Below, in pieces: positions 16,058 through 24,695 of a stretch of 24,695 bases of DNA; within the stretch, counting starts at the first letter, position 1; the number at the start of each line of letters is the position of its first letter. The DNA comes from Eubacteriales bacterium (lineage in GTDB: Bacteria > Bacillota > Clostridia > Oscillospirales > CAG-272). The stretch covers positions 1 through 24,695 of the forward strand of contig JAZQVJ010000186.1 in assembly GCA_045631785.1 (NCBI GenBank). The letters run 5' to 3'. The translations under genes and the position numbers were made by a program. The notes below the pieces were generated by a model. That model was not told where the DNA came from, did no database searches, and saw only the letters and a program-made list of their open reading frames with translations.

Positions 16058-17189
16058 GCGGTCGCCCCCCCTTGCGCGCTCTCTCCCTTGCCAACCGCAA
16101 AAGCGCTTCATACACGCGGCGGTTGGCATCGGGGAAGCCAAAGCCCTCAGCGGCTCTCTCCATAGCCGATCGCCTCGCATCGTCGTAAAGGAGTGTTCTT
16201 ACGGTTTCGGCGAGAGCTCGGCTCTTAAGATCGGCCTCGGGGATCAGGATAGCGGCACCAAGCCCCTTCAGGACCTCGGCGTTTTTGGTTTGGTGGTCGT
16301 TTGCCACGTTTGGTGATGGGATGAGGATGGAGGCCCGCCTTGACAGTGCCAGCTCTGTCACCGTCATCGCCCCCGATCGACAGATCAGGAGATCCGCGGC
16401 CGCCATCAGGGTGGGCATCTCATGGAGATATTCACGCACATCGATCCGCTTTGGTAAGCTGCCAAAGCGGGTGCGGATCTTTTCTGCCATATCCTGTGCA
16501 TAGCGGCTTCCTGCGCTATGGATGTGGTAGGCCTTTTCATCCCCCAGCGTGTACCCCTCGAAAATATCCAGCACGGCATCATTGATCGTCGCCGCCCCAA
16601 GGCTCCCTCCAAAGGAAACGGTGAGCCTTGCATCCTGCGGGATGCAGAGCCTTTGTCTTGCCTCCTCCCTTGTTATTGCTGAAAAGCCGCTTCGCAGCGG
16701 ATTACCAACGTGGAGGGTTCTTGCTTCACGCGGCAAATGCTCAGCCGTTTCCTTGAAATTGAGAAGAACAAGATCGACTCGTCTTGCAAGCCGCCGTACG
16801 GTGAGCCCCGGGATCGCGTTCGATTCGTGGACGGCGGTCGGAATACCGAGGGCGGAGGCCGCAGAAAGCACCGGCCACGAAACGTAGCCGCCCGTTCCCA
16901 CCACAAGATCGGGTGAAAACTCCGCGACGAGTCGCTTCGCCTTTTTCGGCGAGGTATAAGCGAGCCAAAGCGCGCGCAGATTTTTAAGTGAAAGCGATCG
17001 CGAGATCCCCATGACGTCGATCTCGCGGTAGTCGTACCCCGCGGCCGTTACCAGCGCTTTCTCCATCCCGTTCCTCGTGCCGCAAAAAAGGATCTCGGTG
17101 TCCTTATAATTCTTTCGGAAGCATTCGGCAATGGCGAGCGCCGGGTTTACGTGACCGGCCGTACCGCCGCCTGTCAGTATGATCTTCAT
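16038..17189 (-). CDS. murG: UDP-N-acetylglucosamine:lipid I N-acetylglucosamine transferase MurG
   Basis: AAGGAGG RBS. TGGGTAGHV, HESN, GNPLR, GGSLGA, RSGAMTVTE and HQTKNA. Confidence 0.96.
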   Translation of the reverse strand: MKIILTGGGTAGHVNPALAIAECFRKNYKDTEILFCGTRNGMEKALVTAAGYDYREIDVMGISRSLSLKNLRALWLAYTSPKKAKRLVAEFSPDLVVGTGGYVSWPVLSAASALGIPTAVHESNAIPGLTVRRLARRVDLVLLNFKETAEHLPREARTLHVGNPLRSGFSAITREEARQRLCIPQDARLTVSFGGSLGAATINDAVLDIFEGYTLGDEKAYHIHSAGSRYAQDMAEKIRTRFGSLPKRIDVREYLHEMPTLMAAADLLICRSGAMTVTELALSRRASILIPSPNVANDHQTKNAEVLKGLGAAILIPEADLKSRALAETVRTLLYDDARRSAMERAAEGFGFPDANRRVYEALLRLARERARKGGRPQKKTRA

Positions 17190-17215
17190 GTGTCCTCCTT
17201 GGCCAAGTGGCTGTT

Positions 17216-18364
17216 TTACCGATACGAAAGTGTTGCGCGCCGCGAGATCGAGAGCAGGATCCCCATCTCAAGAAAAAGCATAAGGAGCGACGTTCCTCCG
17301 TAACTGAAAAAGGGGAGCGAAATTCCCGTGTTCGGAATGGTATTCGTGATAACAGCGACGTTAAGTAAGACCTGGATGGCAACCTTGGTCGTGATACCGA
17401 GTGCCACGGTTTTTTGGAAGCCGTCCTCATTGCCGAGTGCGATGCGGTAGCCCCGTTTTATAAAAAGGAAAAAAAGGAACAGAATGAGGGATGCGCCGAG
17501 AAAGCCAAGCTCCTCACAGGTGATGGTGAAAATGAAGTCGTTGGCAGGCTCTGAGACCCAGCTGTATTTCAAGCGGCTCTTACCAAGCCCAAGGCCAAAA
17601 AAGCCGCCGGAGCCGATCGCCATCATTCCCTGGAGCGTTTGCCAACCGCCCTCAAGGGGATAGGCCGCAGGGTCAAGCCACACCGTAATGCGCTCGCGGG
17701 CATATTCCAGTGTCAAGGCCAACACTCCGACACCAACGCCGCCGAGAGCGCAAAGGAGTCCAAGGACCTTTGGCGAGGAGCCCGACAGAAACATCAAAGA
17801 GAGCCCGATTAGGGCAATGATAATAAGGCCGGACAGATGCCGCTGAAGCACAACGAGAATACAGAAAAGCCCGGTGATCCCCAAAGGGTATAGGATCCCG
17901 TATTTCCATCCGCCTCCCGGTGTCTTTGCCATTTTGTCACGGTGCGTGTCAAAATACAGGGCAAGCATCAGGACAAGCGAGAGCTTCGCAAGCTCGGAGG
18001 GCTGAAAGGTGAGGGGGCCGATGGCGATCCACCGCTGGGCGCCGTTCCCTGTCAGCCCAAAGGCCAGTGTACAGACGAGCAGGAGAACCGTCACAAGATA
18101 CAGTATAGGCGCCGACCGCCGCCAGAAGCGCGCGGGAACGTACGAGGTGAACACCATCACGAGTATCCCAAGGGCTACGAAAAGGATCTGCTTTCTTGTA
18201 AAATATCCGGCGTCGTTATAGCGTGATTCTGCGTAGGCATAGCTGGCCGATGCCACCATTACCGAGCCGATCGTGATCAGGATGAGGATCAGTAAAAGAA
18301 GCACGCGGTCAATGCGTCCACCCTCGCATCGGTTGGCGAGGGCCTTGATCTTTCCCCCGATCAT
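17216..18364 (-). CDS. ftsW: SEDS-family peptidoglycan polymerase FtsW/SpoVE
   Basis: ATG at 18364 overlaps the mraY TAA. About 10 TM segments, FQPSELAK, GSGGFFGLG, DFIF and LPFFSYGGTS. It could be the sporulation paralogue SpoVE. Confidence 0.9.
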   Translation of the reverse strand: MIGGKIKALANRCEGGRIDRVLLLLILILITIGSVMVASASYAYAESRYNDAGYFTRKQILFVALGILVMVFTSYVPARFWRRSAPILYLVTVLLLVCTLAFGLTGNGAQRWIAIGPLTFQPSELAKLSLVLMLALYFDTHRDKMAKTPGGGWKYGILYPLGITGLFCILVVLQRHLSGLIIIALIGLSLMFLSGSSPKVLGLLCALGGVGVGVLALTLEYARERITVWLDPAAYPLEGGWQTLQGMMAIGSGGFFGLGLGKSRLKYSWVSEPANDFIFTITCEELGFLGASLILFLFFLFIKRGYRIALGNEDGFQKTVALGITTKVAIQVLLNVAVITNTIPNTGISLPFFSYGGTSLLMLFLEMGILLSISRRATLSYR

Positions 18365-19353
18365 TATCCCACCCCCGGGAGCGCGATCGCGGAAAGGACG
18401 AGCGCCGCAAAAAGGAAAAGGAAAACGATGCTGTTTTCCCTCCATCCGCATTTTTCAAGATGATGGTGGAAGGGCGCCATGCGGAAGAGCCGCTTTTTCG
18501 TCAGCTTGTAGTAAGCGACCTGCAGGATCACACTCGCCCCCTCGAAGGCAAAGACGCCCCCCGCCACGAGCAGAATGAGTGGGTTCCCGATAAGGAAGGC
18601 GCACCCGACACCGAGGCCGCCGAGGAAGAGCGAGCCGGTGTCCCCCATAAAGATGCGGGCAGGGTGCCTATTAAAAAGAAGAAAGCCGAGCGCCGCCCCG
18701 ACCATAGCCGTAGCCGCAAGAAAGGCCGGCACCTCGCCAAGACGTGTGGCTGCCAAGGCAAAAAACGCCCCAAGGACGAGGCTTGTGACCGAGCAAAGAC
18801 CGTCCACTCCGTCCGAGAGATTCACGCAGTTTACCATTCCGACCGAAAGGAGGATCGCAAAGAAGTAGTAGAGCCCTCCAAGCTCCCAGACGGTGTTGAG
18901 ATAGGGGATATACAGGGTGGTATCAATGTGGCCGTACAGTCGCATAAGCAGGAGATAGGCCGCCGAGAAGGTGACCTGCAGGATCAGCTTCTGCGAGGGA
19001 GTGAGACCTTCGTTTTGCTTTCGCCTGTATTTTGTCATATCGTCCGCGATCCCCACGCTGGCGTTGGCCAGCGCATACAAAAGGGTGAGGAGAAGCGGCC
19101 GCCAGAAGAGAGAGGGGAGGCTTTCGGCATAGAGTCCTCCCGTGACAAGCAGGGAAAGGCAGGTTGCAAGGATGAAGCCAAGCCCCCCCATCGTCGGTGT
19201 GCCCTCCTTTGTTTTGTGCCAGGCAGGGCCGATCTCAAGGATCCTTTGTCCGACGTGATGGCGGCGAAGAATAGGCAAAAGGATCCTCGTTGTCACCGTT
19301 GTCAGAACAAAGGCCAGGGAAAAGGTGAGTAGGAAAAAGAGAGGGTATGACAT
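18364..19353 (-). CDS. mraY: Phospho-N-acetylmuramoyl-pentapeptide transferase MraY
   Basis: AGAAAGGA RBS and ATG at 19353. KEGTPTMGG, NLSDGVDGL, FMGDTGS and MAPFHHHLE. Confidence 0.96.
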   Translation of the reverse strand: MSYPLFFLLTFSLAFVLTTVTTRILLPILRRHHVGQRILEIGPAWHKTKEGTPTMGGLGFILATCLSLLVTGGLYAESLPSLFWRPLLLTLLYALANASVGIADDMTKYRRKQNEGLTPSQKLILQVTFSAAYLLLMRLYGHIDTTLYIPYLNTVWELGGLYYFFAILLSVGMVNCVNLSDGVDGLCSVTSLVLGAFFALAATRLGEVPAFLAATAMVGAALGFLLFNRHPARIFMGDTGSLFLGGLGVGCAFLIGNPLILLVAGGVFAFEGASVILQVAYYKLTKKRLFRMAPFHHHLEKCGWRENSIVFLFLFAALVLSAIALPGVG

Positions 19354-19372
19354 GCTTTGTCCTTTCTTGTGC

Positions 19373-20746
19373 TTAGTGGGTGCACCGCCCACGTCCGAGG
19401 ATAGCCTCCACGATCTGCTTCCCGCCCAGTGCGTGCGAGGCCTTGACGAGAACGGCATCTCCGTCCGAGAGAGAGCCGAGAAGCGCCCGGCTGCACCGAT
19501 CACTATCTCGGTGGACGTGGATCTCCTCCTTTGGAAGTCCTGCCTCGCGCGCCCCCTCGGCGATCTCCTCGGCATACGTACCGAAGGCATGCAGAGAGCT
19601 CGCGTATTGCGGAGCAAGCCGACCGATCCTTCTGTGGAGTGCCACGCTCTCCTCGCCAAGCTCCAGCATATCACCAAGCACAGCGATACGCCGCCGCGTG
19701 GGAGCCAGGCTCCCGAGAAGGCGGAGTCCCTCGTCGACAGCCTCCGGAGAGGCATTGTAGGCATCGTCGATCAAGAGGACGCCTCCCGCCTCGTGGACCG
19801 AGCCTCGCCCCTCTGTCGGTGGCATACGGAACAGCGCATCGGCTGCCTGCGCGACGGGAACGCCGAGGTGCATAGCGCATGCAAGAGCCAAAAGTGAGGC
19901 GCTAACACGCGGCCGTCCGACACCGCGCAGGAAGATGCGTCTTTCTCCCCCCGTCCACCGCGCGGTATACGAGGTCCCGAAGCGCGAAAAAAAGACACCG
20001 CTTGCCACGAGGTCGGCATCGCCCTCAATGGCAACGCCGAGGATCGGAACGTGAGAAGAGAGGGTAGCAAGGTGAGGATCATTCCTCGAGAGAATGAGGA
20101 GTCCCCCTGTCATTCCGTCGGTGATGCTCGCCTTTTCTGCAAGGATCGCTTCCTGCGTTCCGAAGGCGCCGATATGTGCCGAGCCGATGGCGGTGAGTAT
20201 CGCCACGTCCGGTGAAATTGCCCTTGAAAGCGGGGCGATCTCCCCGGGGTGATTGCTCCCAAGCTCCAGAACGAGAATATCGGTGTCCGCCGGGCGCGAA
20301 AGCACCGTCTTGGCAACACCCAGCTCATTGTTCTCGTTTCCCGACGTCTTATATACACGGAAGGCGGGGGCGAGGGCCGCCGCCGTCGCCTCCTTCGTGC
20401 TGGTCTTTCCCATGCTCCCTGTGATCGCCACAACGGGTACTCTGTGCGAGCGCAATGAATGCTCGGCAAGCGCAAGGAGCGCTTTGTGCGTATTCTCGAC
20501 CGCGATCGATCCCTGCCTCGCGCTCTCCGCCAGGCAGGCAACCGCACCTCCTTCATTGGCGGCCTCCAAAAAGCGATGCCCGTCGTTTCTTTCACCGTGA
20601 AGCGCCACAAAAAGATCTCCGGGGCGCAAGGTCCGCGTGTCGGTCGATATCGCATGCACCGTACAGTCGTCACATATCTCCCCGACACCGCCGACCGCCG
20701 TTCGTATTTCCCGTAGAGTCATAGGAAAGGCAAGGTCAATTCTCAT
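19373..20746 (-). CDS. murF: UDP-MurNAc-tripeptide--D-Ala-D-Ala ligase MurF
   Basis: STDTR, ITGSMGKTSTK, GNENNELGV, DDAYNASP and LGDMLELG. Start at 20746 (GGAG RBS) or 20722. Confidence 0.93.
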   Translation of the reverse strand: MRIDLAFPMTLREIRTAVGGVGEICDDCTVHAISTDTRTLRPGDLFVALHGERNDGHRFLEAANEGGAVACLAESARQGSIAVENTHKALLALAEHSLRSHRVPVVAITGSMGKTSTKEATAAALAPAFRVYKTSGNENNELGVAKTVLSRPADTDILVLELGSNHPGEIAPLSRAISPDVAILTAIGSAHIGAFGTQEAILAEKASITDGMTGGLLILSRNDPHLATLSSHVPILGVAIEGDADLVASGVFFSRFGTSYTARWTGGERRIFLRGVGRPRVSASLLALACAMHLGVPVAQAADALFRMPPTEGRGSVHEAGGVLLIDDAYNASPEAVDEGLRLLGSLAPTRRRIAVLGDMLELGEESVALHRRIGRLAPQYASSLHAFGTYAEEIAEGAREAGLPKEEIHVHRDSDRCSRALLGSLSDGDAVLVKASHALGGKQIVEAILGRGRCTH

Positions 20747-22259
20747 TCTCAGTATCTCCGTTTTTTCTCTTTTCAAGCGCGCTTCTTACGATCTCGCGCT
20801 CGTCAAAATGCCGCACCCCCGCAGGCCCGATCTCGTAGGTCTCATGCCCCTTGCCGCAAAGCAGAATGATATCGCCCGGCCTTGCGCCGAGGATGGCCTC
20901 GTGGATGGCGCGCCGCCGGCTCTTTATGACGGTAGCCTTGCTCTTATCCCGCATCCCCGAGAGAATATCGTCAATGATCGCCTGCGGATCCTCGGTACGA
21001 CTGTTGTCCGAGGTCACGATCACGCGGTCGGCAAGCTCCTCTGCCACACGCCCCATCGGTGCGCGCTTGGTTTTATCTCTGTCACCGCCACAGCCAAAGA
21101 GAAGCACGATCCGTTCTCCTTCGGTGCAAAAGGCGCGCACCGTCGCGAGCAGCGCGCGGAGCGCCGCCTCGGTATGAGCGTAGTCGATGAAGACAGAAAA
21201 CCCGTAGTCCCCGCCAAGCTCTACGCGCTCAAGGCGTCCGGGGACGGCGATCGGCCGCACCAGTGCTTCGGTCGCGGTCAGGGGCGGCACGGAAAGCTCT
21301 ATGGCTGCCGCCAACGCTAAGAGAGAATTGTAGACCGAAAAGCTTCCGGGCAGGGAAGAGCGCACGCGCAGGCGCATCCCCGGTGTCGTATAGCAGTATA
21401 GGATCCCCTTGGCCCCCAAAAGGCGGATGTCGGTGGCGCGCACATCGGCGGCAAAGGCCACCCCTGCCGTTCTTACCCGGCAGGTGGAACGCGCGATCAG
21501 GGCGGCGGCATATTCGTTGTCCGCGTTGCAGATGCCCATCTCGCATTGGCGGAACAGCGCAGCCTTTGCTTCAAGGTACCGTTCCATCGTATCGTGAAAA
21601 TCCATATGCTCTGGCGAGATGTTGGTGAAGATTCCTACCCGATAGTGGATGGGGCTGACCTTTTCGAGTGCCAACGAATGAGAGGACACCTCCATAACGA
21701 CGTGCGTCACCCCCTCGTCCGCCATTTTTCGGAGGATGGGGTACAGAATGTCGGGATCGGGAGTTGTCATCGTCCGCAACCGCGTATCGCCGTCATTCTC
21801 CTTCGGCAGAGTATAGATCCTCCCGTTGTATACGCATTCTGCGGTGCCGATGAGGCCCGTTGCGTATCCGCCGGCCGTCAGAATGGAGGCAAGGATGGTC
21901 GCCGTGGAGGTCTTGCCGTTAGTCCCTGTCACCCCGATCATCGTCAGCTGCTTTTCGGGGCATCCGTAAAAGCGGCTGAAGGCAAAGGCTAAGGCGCGCC
22001 GCGTGCTTCTGACGAAAAAGACAGGCACGGTGATCCCCTCGGGAATAAGAGCATCCTGCTCTGCGAGGATGGCGGCGGCCCCTGCCTCGGCGATCCTTTT
22101 TATCAGGGTATGCGTGTCAAATCTTACCCCCTTGAGGCAGATAAAAAGGCAATGCGGCTCGAGCGCGCGTGTGTCGGAAACGATGCGCGTGATCTCGATC
22201 GTTTCGGGCGAATAGCGGCTTTTGTATTCCCCCTCGTAAAGGAGTTCGGATAGCTTCAT
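20736..22259 (-). CDS. murE: UDP-MurNAc-dipeptide--meso-DAP ligase MurE
   Basis: GTNGKTST, TTPDP, MEVSSH, DYAHT, GCGGDRDKTKR, DNSR and GKGHE. Confidence 0.95.
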   Translation of the reverse strand: MKLSELLYEGEYKSRYSPETIEITRIVSDTRALEPHCLFICLKGVRFDTHTLIKRIAEAGAAAILAEQDALIPEGITVPVFFVRSTRRALAFAFSRFYGCPEKQLTMIGVTGTNGKTSTATILASILTAGGYATGLIGTAECVYNGRIYTLPKENDGDTRLRTMTTPDPDILYPILRKMADEGVTHVVMEVSSHSLALEKVSPIHYRVGIFTNISPEHMDFHDTMERYLEAKAALFRQCEMGICNADNEYAAALIARSTCRVRTAGVAFAADVRATDIRLLGAKGILYCYTTPGMRLRVRSSLPGSFSVYNSLLALAAAIELSVPPLTATEALVRPIAVPGRLERVELGGDYGFSVFIDYAHTEAALRALLATVRAFCTEGERIVLLFGCGGDRDKTKRAPMGRVAEELADRVIVTSDNSRTEDPQAIIDDILSGMRDKSKATVIKSRRRAIHEAILGARPGDIILLCGKGHETYEIGPAGVRHFDEREIVRSALEKRKNGDTENEN

Positions 22260-22279
22260 GGGTTTTGTCCCCTTTCTTA

Positions 22280-24574
22280 TTATTCCGTATCGTCATAGAG
22301 AAATTCCACCGTGATCGAGGTTCCTCTCGGAACCGCCGTCCCCCCGGGGATCGATTGCCTCGCCGCCTTCGGGAAGGCCGTTGCACCGGCGGGCGAATTC
22401 ACGGTTCCCGAAAGCTTGATGTTCAGTCCTGCATCCAGCATGCGCTTTACGGCCGTTTCCATCGGGAGTCCGATAAGGTCAGGCACCGCCGTCATTGTGT
22501 CGCCGCCGCTGTCGGTATATAGAAGAACGCGCCCGTGCGCCTTGGTGACTCCTGTTCCCGGTGAGGGCATTTGCTTTTGTATGACGGCATCCATGTCGCC
22601 TCCGTCGGTGACGGCCGTGATCCCCAGCTTTTTCAGCTCAGCCGTGGCCTCCTTGACTGTCATGCCCACGTAGCTCCCGATCGGGATCTCCACAAGATCC
22701 GCTTCCTTTTCGGTGTACTTCGCTTCATACCCGAGATAGGGGAGCGTTACGCTCATCATCCGGGAGATATACGGCGCGGCGACCGTAGCACCGAAATGTG
22801 CCGTCGTCGGCTCATCCACCACAATGATCATGGCGATCTCGGGGTCATCATACGGGGCAAACCCCACGCAAGAGCCAATGCGGAGCGAAAAATTCCCATT
22901 CGCGTCGGCCTTGTCAAGCTTCTCGCTGGTTCCGGTCTTCGCCGCAATACGATAGCCGGCGGCATAGGCGTTGCGCGAGGCCCCGGTCCCCGACACACCC
23001 TCCTCCAGTATAGCGCAAACCGCGCTCGCCGCCTCGGTGGAAACCGCCTGCCGCACGACATTCGTTTCATAGGTGTAGACGGTTTTTCCCGTTTCATCCA
23101 CAAGGCGCTCTAAAATGTGCGGTGTCACAAGATATCCCCCGTTGGCCACCGCGGCGATCGCCGTCAGCTCCTGCAAGGGGGTGACCTTGAAGCGCTGGCC
23201 GAAGGAGGAGGTGGCCAGCTCTACCGTTCCGAGCCCCGCCGCAGTGTGGAAGATCGAGCCCGCCTCGCTTGGCAGGTCGATCCCGGTTTTTTGCCTTAGC
23301 CCAAAGGCTGTAAAATAACTGTAAAATTTCTCGCTCCCGATCCTCGATACCACCTGCATCATCGCGCAGTTACAGGACTGCTGCAGCCCGTGGGCATATG
23401 TGAAGCCGCGCCCATGCCCGATCTTTCGCCAGCAGGAGATGCTCACCCCCTTGACGGGAGAATAGCTCCCCCCACAGAAGAAGGAGGCATCACCGGGGCT
23501 CGTAACCCCAAGATCAAGCGCCATAGCCGATGTCACGATCTTGAAGGTCGAGCCGGGCTCATACAGCGTGCTTACGGGCTTGTTTTGCCACATATTCAAT
23601 AAAAGCTCGTTCTTTCTCGCCTTGTATTCCTCGCTTCCCGCCGTCAGCCCCGAGGCGGCCAGCACCTCGGCCGATAACGGGTCAAGCTCATAGGGGGAAT
23701 TGAGGTCGAAGGAGGGGGCCGTGGCCATCGCAAGGATCGCCCCGGTCTTTACGTTCATCACGATCCCGGTGGCCCGATCCCGCACGTCGAATTCCTCAAC
23801 GATCTCGGCAAGCGATGCTTCCAGCGACCGCTGAATATAGGAGTCAATGGTCGTAACGAGCGAAAGTCCGCTTGTTGGCTCGCGGTAGGTGGTGTAGCCG
23901 TAGCTTTTGTCATTGCCGTGGGCATCCACCGCCGACAGATACGCGCCGTCGATCCCTCCAAGATCGTCATCGTAGTAATATTCAAGCCCGAAAAGCCCCT
24001 GCCCGTCGCTCCCGACAAAGCCGAGAACGTGCGAGGCCAGCGTACCCCCGGGATATTGCCTCGTGGTCGATCCCTCGGTGGCCACCAGGCCGAACAGCTC
24101 CTCGTCGGCCGCAAAGGTAAGGACACGCGCCGCGGTTTCGGCATCCACGCCACGTGCCAGGGTTTCGTCAAGAAAGCGTGTCTTTTCCGCCTTTTTGAGA
24201 ATGACGTCGTGCGAGATCCCGAGGATCTCGGAGAGGCCGTCGGCAATCAGTGCTTTTATCGAACGCCCCGTCTTTTTCTCAAGTGTCGCGATGTTCTTTG
24301 GACTGATATACACACGGTACACCGTCTTGCTGGCCGCCAGCGCGTTGCCGTTCGTGTCGTAGATCGTGCCACGCTCGGCACGCATCGCCGACGACACCGT
24401 GATCTCGTCCATGACACGGGCCTGGTAGTCGTCGTATCCAAAGACCTGAAGCACAAAAATGCGTACTCCGAGAAATAAAAAGACGATCAAAAAAGCCAAA
24501 AGCGCCGCCGTAGTGCGCTTTGCGGTGATGAGGGCGGCGCGGCGATCGGTTAATAGGGGTGAGACCTGCTTCAT
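22280..24574 (-). CDS. Class B penicillin-binding protein with two PASTA domains (SpoVD/FtsI-like)
   Basis: GGAGG RBS and TM anchor. RGTIYDTNG, RQYPGG, GLEYYYD, EPGSTFK (SxxK), SCN and KTG, then two C-terminal PASTA-like repeats. It heads the dcw cluster. Confidence 0.92.
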   Translation of the reverse strand: MKQVSPLLTDRRAALITAKRTTAALLAFLIVFLFLGVRIFVLQVFGYDDYQARVMDEITVSSAMRAERGTIYDTNGNALAASKTVYRVYISPKNIATLEKKTGRSIKALIADGLSEILGISHDVILKKAEKTRFLDETLARGVDAETAARVLTFAADEELFGLVATEGSTTRQYPGGTLASHVLGFVGSDGQGLFGLEYYYDDDLGGIDGAYLSAVDAHGNDKSYGYTTYREPTSGLSLVTTIDSYIQRSLEASLAEIVEEFDVRDRATGIVMNVKTGAILAMATAPSFDLNSPYELDPLSAEVLAASGLTAGSEEYKARKNELLLNMWQNKPVSTLYEPGSTFKIVTSAMALDLGVTSPGDASFFCGGSYSPVKGVSISCWRKIGHGRGFTYAHGLQQSCNCAMMQVVSRIGSEKFYSYFTAFGLRQKTGIDLPSEAGSIFHTAAGLGTVELATSSFGQRFKVTPLQELTAIAAVANGGYLVTPHILERLVDETGKTVYTYETNVVRQAVSTEAASAVCAILEEGVSGTGASRNAYAAGYRIAAKTGTSEKLDKADANGNFSLRIGSCVGFAPYDDPEIAMIIVVDEPTTAHFGATVAAPYISRMMSVTLPYLGYEAKYTEKEADLVEIPIGSYVGMTVKEATAELKKLGITAVTDGGDMDAVIQKQMPSPGTGVTKAHGRVLLYTDSGGDTMTAVPDLIGLPMETAVKRMLDAGLNIKLSGTVNSPAGATAFPKAARQSIPGGTAVPRGTSITVEFLYDDTE

Positions 24575-24592
24575 ACAACCTCCGAGATAAAG

Positions 24593-24626
24593 AAAAAGCG
24601 ACAGACATTCGTCTATCGCTATTTTT
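24593..24626 (-). terminator. Intrinsic terminator-like hairpin just upstream of the class B PBP
   Basis: Minus strand: AGCGATAGAC-gaat-GTCTGTCGCT (10 bp with one U-G pair) followed by TTTTCTTT. Confidence 0.6.
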
Positions 24627-24655
24627 ATTCGGTTGTCGCTTGAAATATGAAAGCC

Positions 24656-24695
24656 TTACTCGGCGTACGGGACCCCCTCGGCCTCCGGCGTGTAG
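24656..24695 (-). CDS. Probable 3' end of an upstream gene (...YTPEAEGVPYAE*), identity unknown
   Basis: GC-rich open frame running in from the window edge to TAA at 24656, followed by an AT-rich intergenic region. Only 12 sense codons are visible. Confidence 0.35.
   Translation of the reverse strand, partial: YTPEAEGVPYAE

Noticed and set aside
14717-16180. 487-aa - strand ORF opposite the hypothetical membrane protein
   Set aside because: It starts inside murG, crosses the terminator and has no RBS or protein-like organisation. The + strand frame has a promoter, RBS, TM segments and terminator.
3128-23161. GCGATCGC (HIP1-like) at 3128, 13133, 16994, 18383 and 23154, and frequent GATC/CGATCG
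   Set aside because: All copies are within coding sequence and may be explained by GC content and GCG/ATC codon preference. A genome-wide codon-aware test would be needed to claim enrichment.

Overview
Mostly housekeeping DNA from a GC-rich Clostridia-like Bacillota genome, probably an assembled short-read contig. From left to right: (1) a sequencing artefact at 1-164 (MGI/DNBSEQ adapter between two copies of an 80-bp insert) that cuts off the second of two tandem YfhO-family (GT-C-like) membrane glycosyltransferase genes; (2) a tightly coupled + strand operon ruvC - RlmI-like SAM methyltransferase - ecfA1 - ecfA2 - ecfT - truA, then a class A PBP; (3) a YgjP/M48-like protein with cca; (4) a lower-GC divergent two-gene islet bounded by bidirectional terminators, holding a frameshifted CapA-family metallophosphoesterase and an unannotated membrane protein; (5) a - strand dcw cluster spoVD/ftsI-like PBP - murE - murF - mraY - ftsW/spoVE - murG with no murD. 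No tRNA, rRNA, CRISPR array or mobile element was recognised. The best candidate for undescribed biology is the islet at 13314-16057, especially the 432-aa protein at 14714-16012. That claim is inference and needs profile and structure searches that I could not run.
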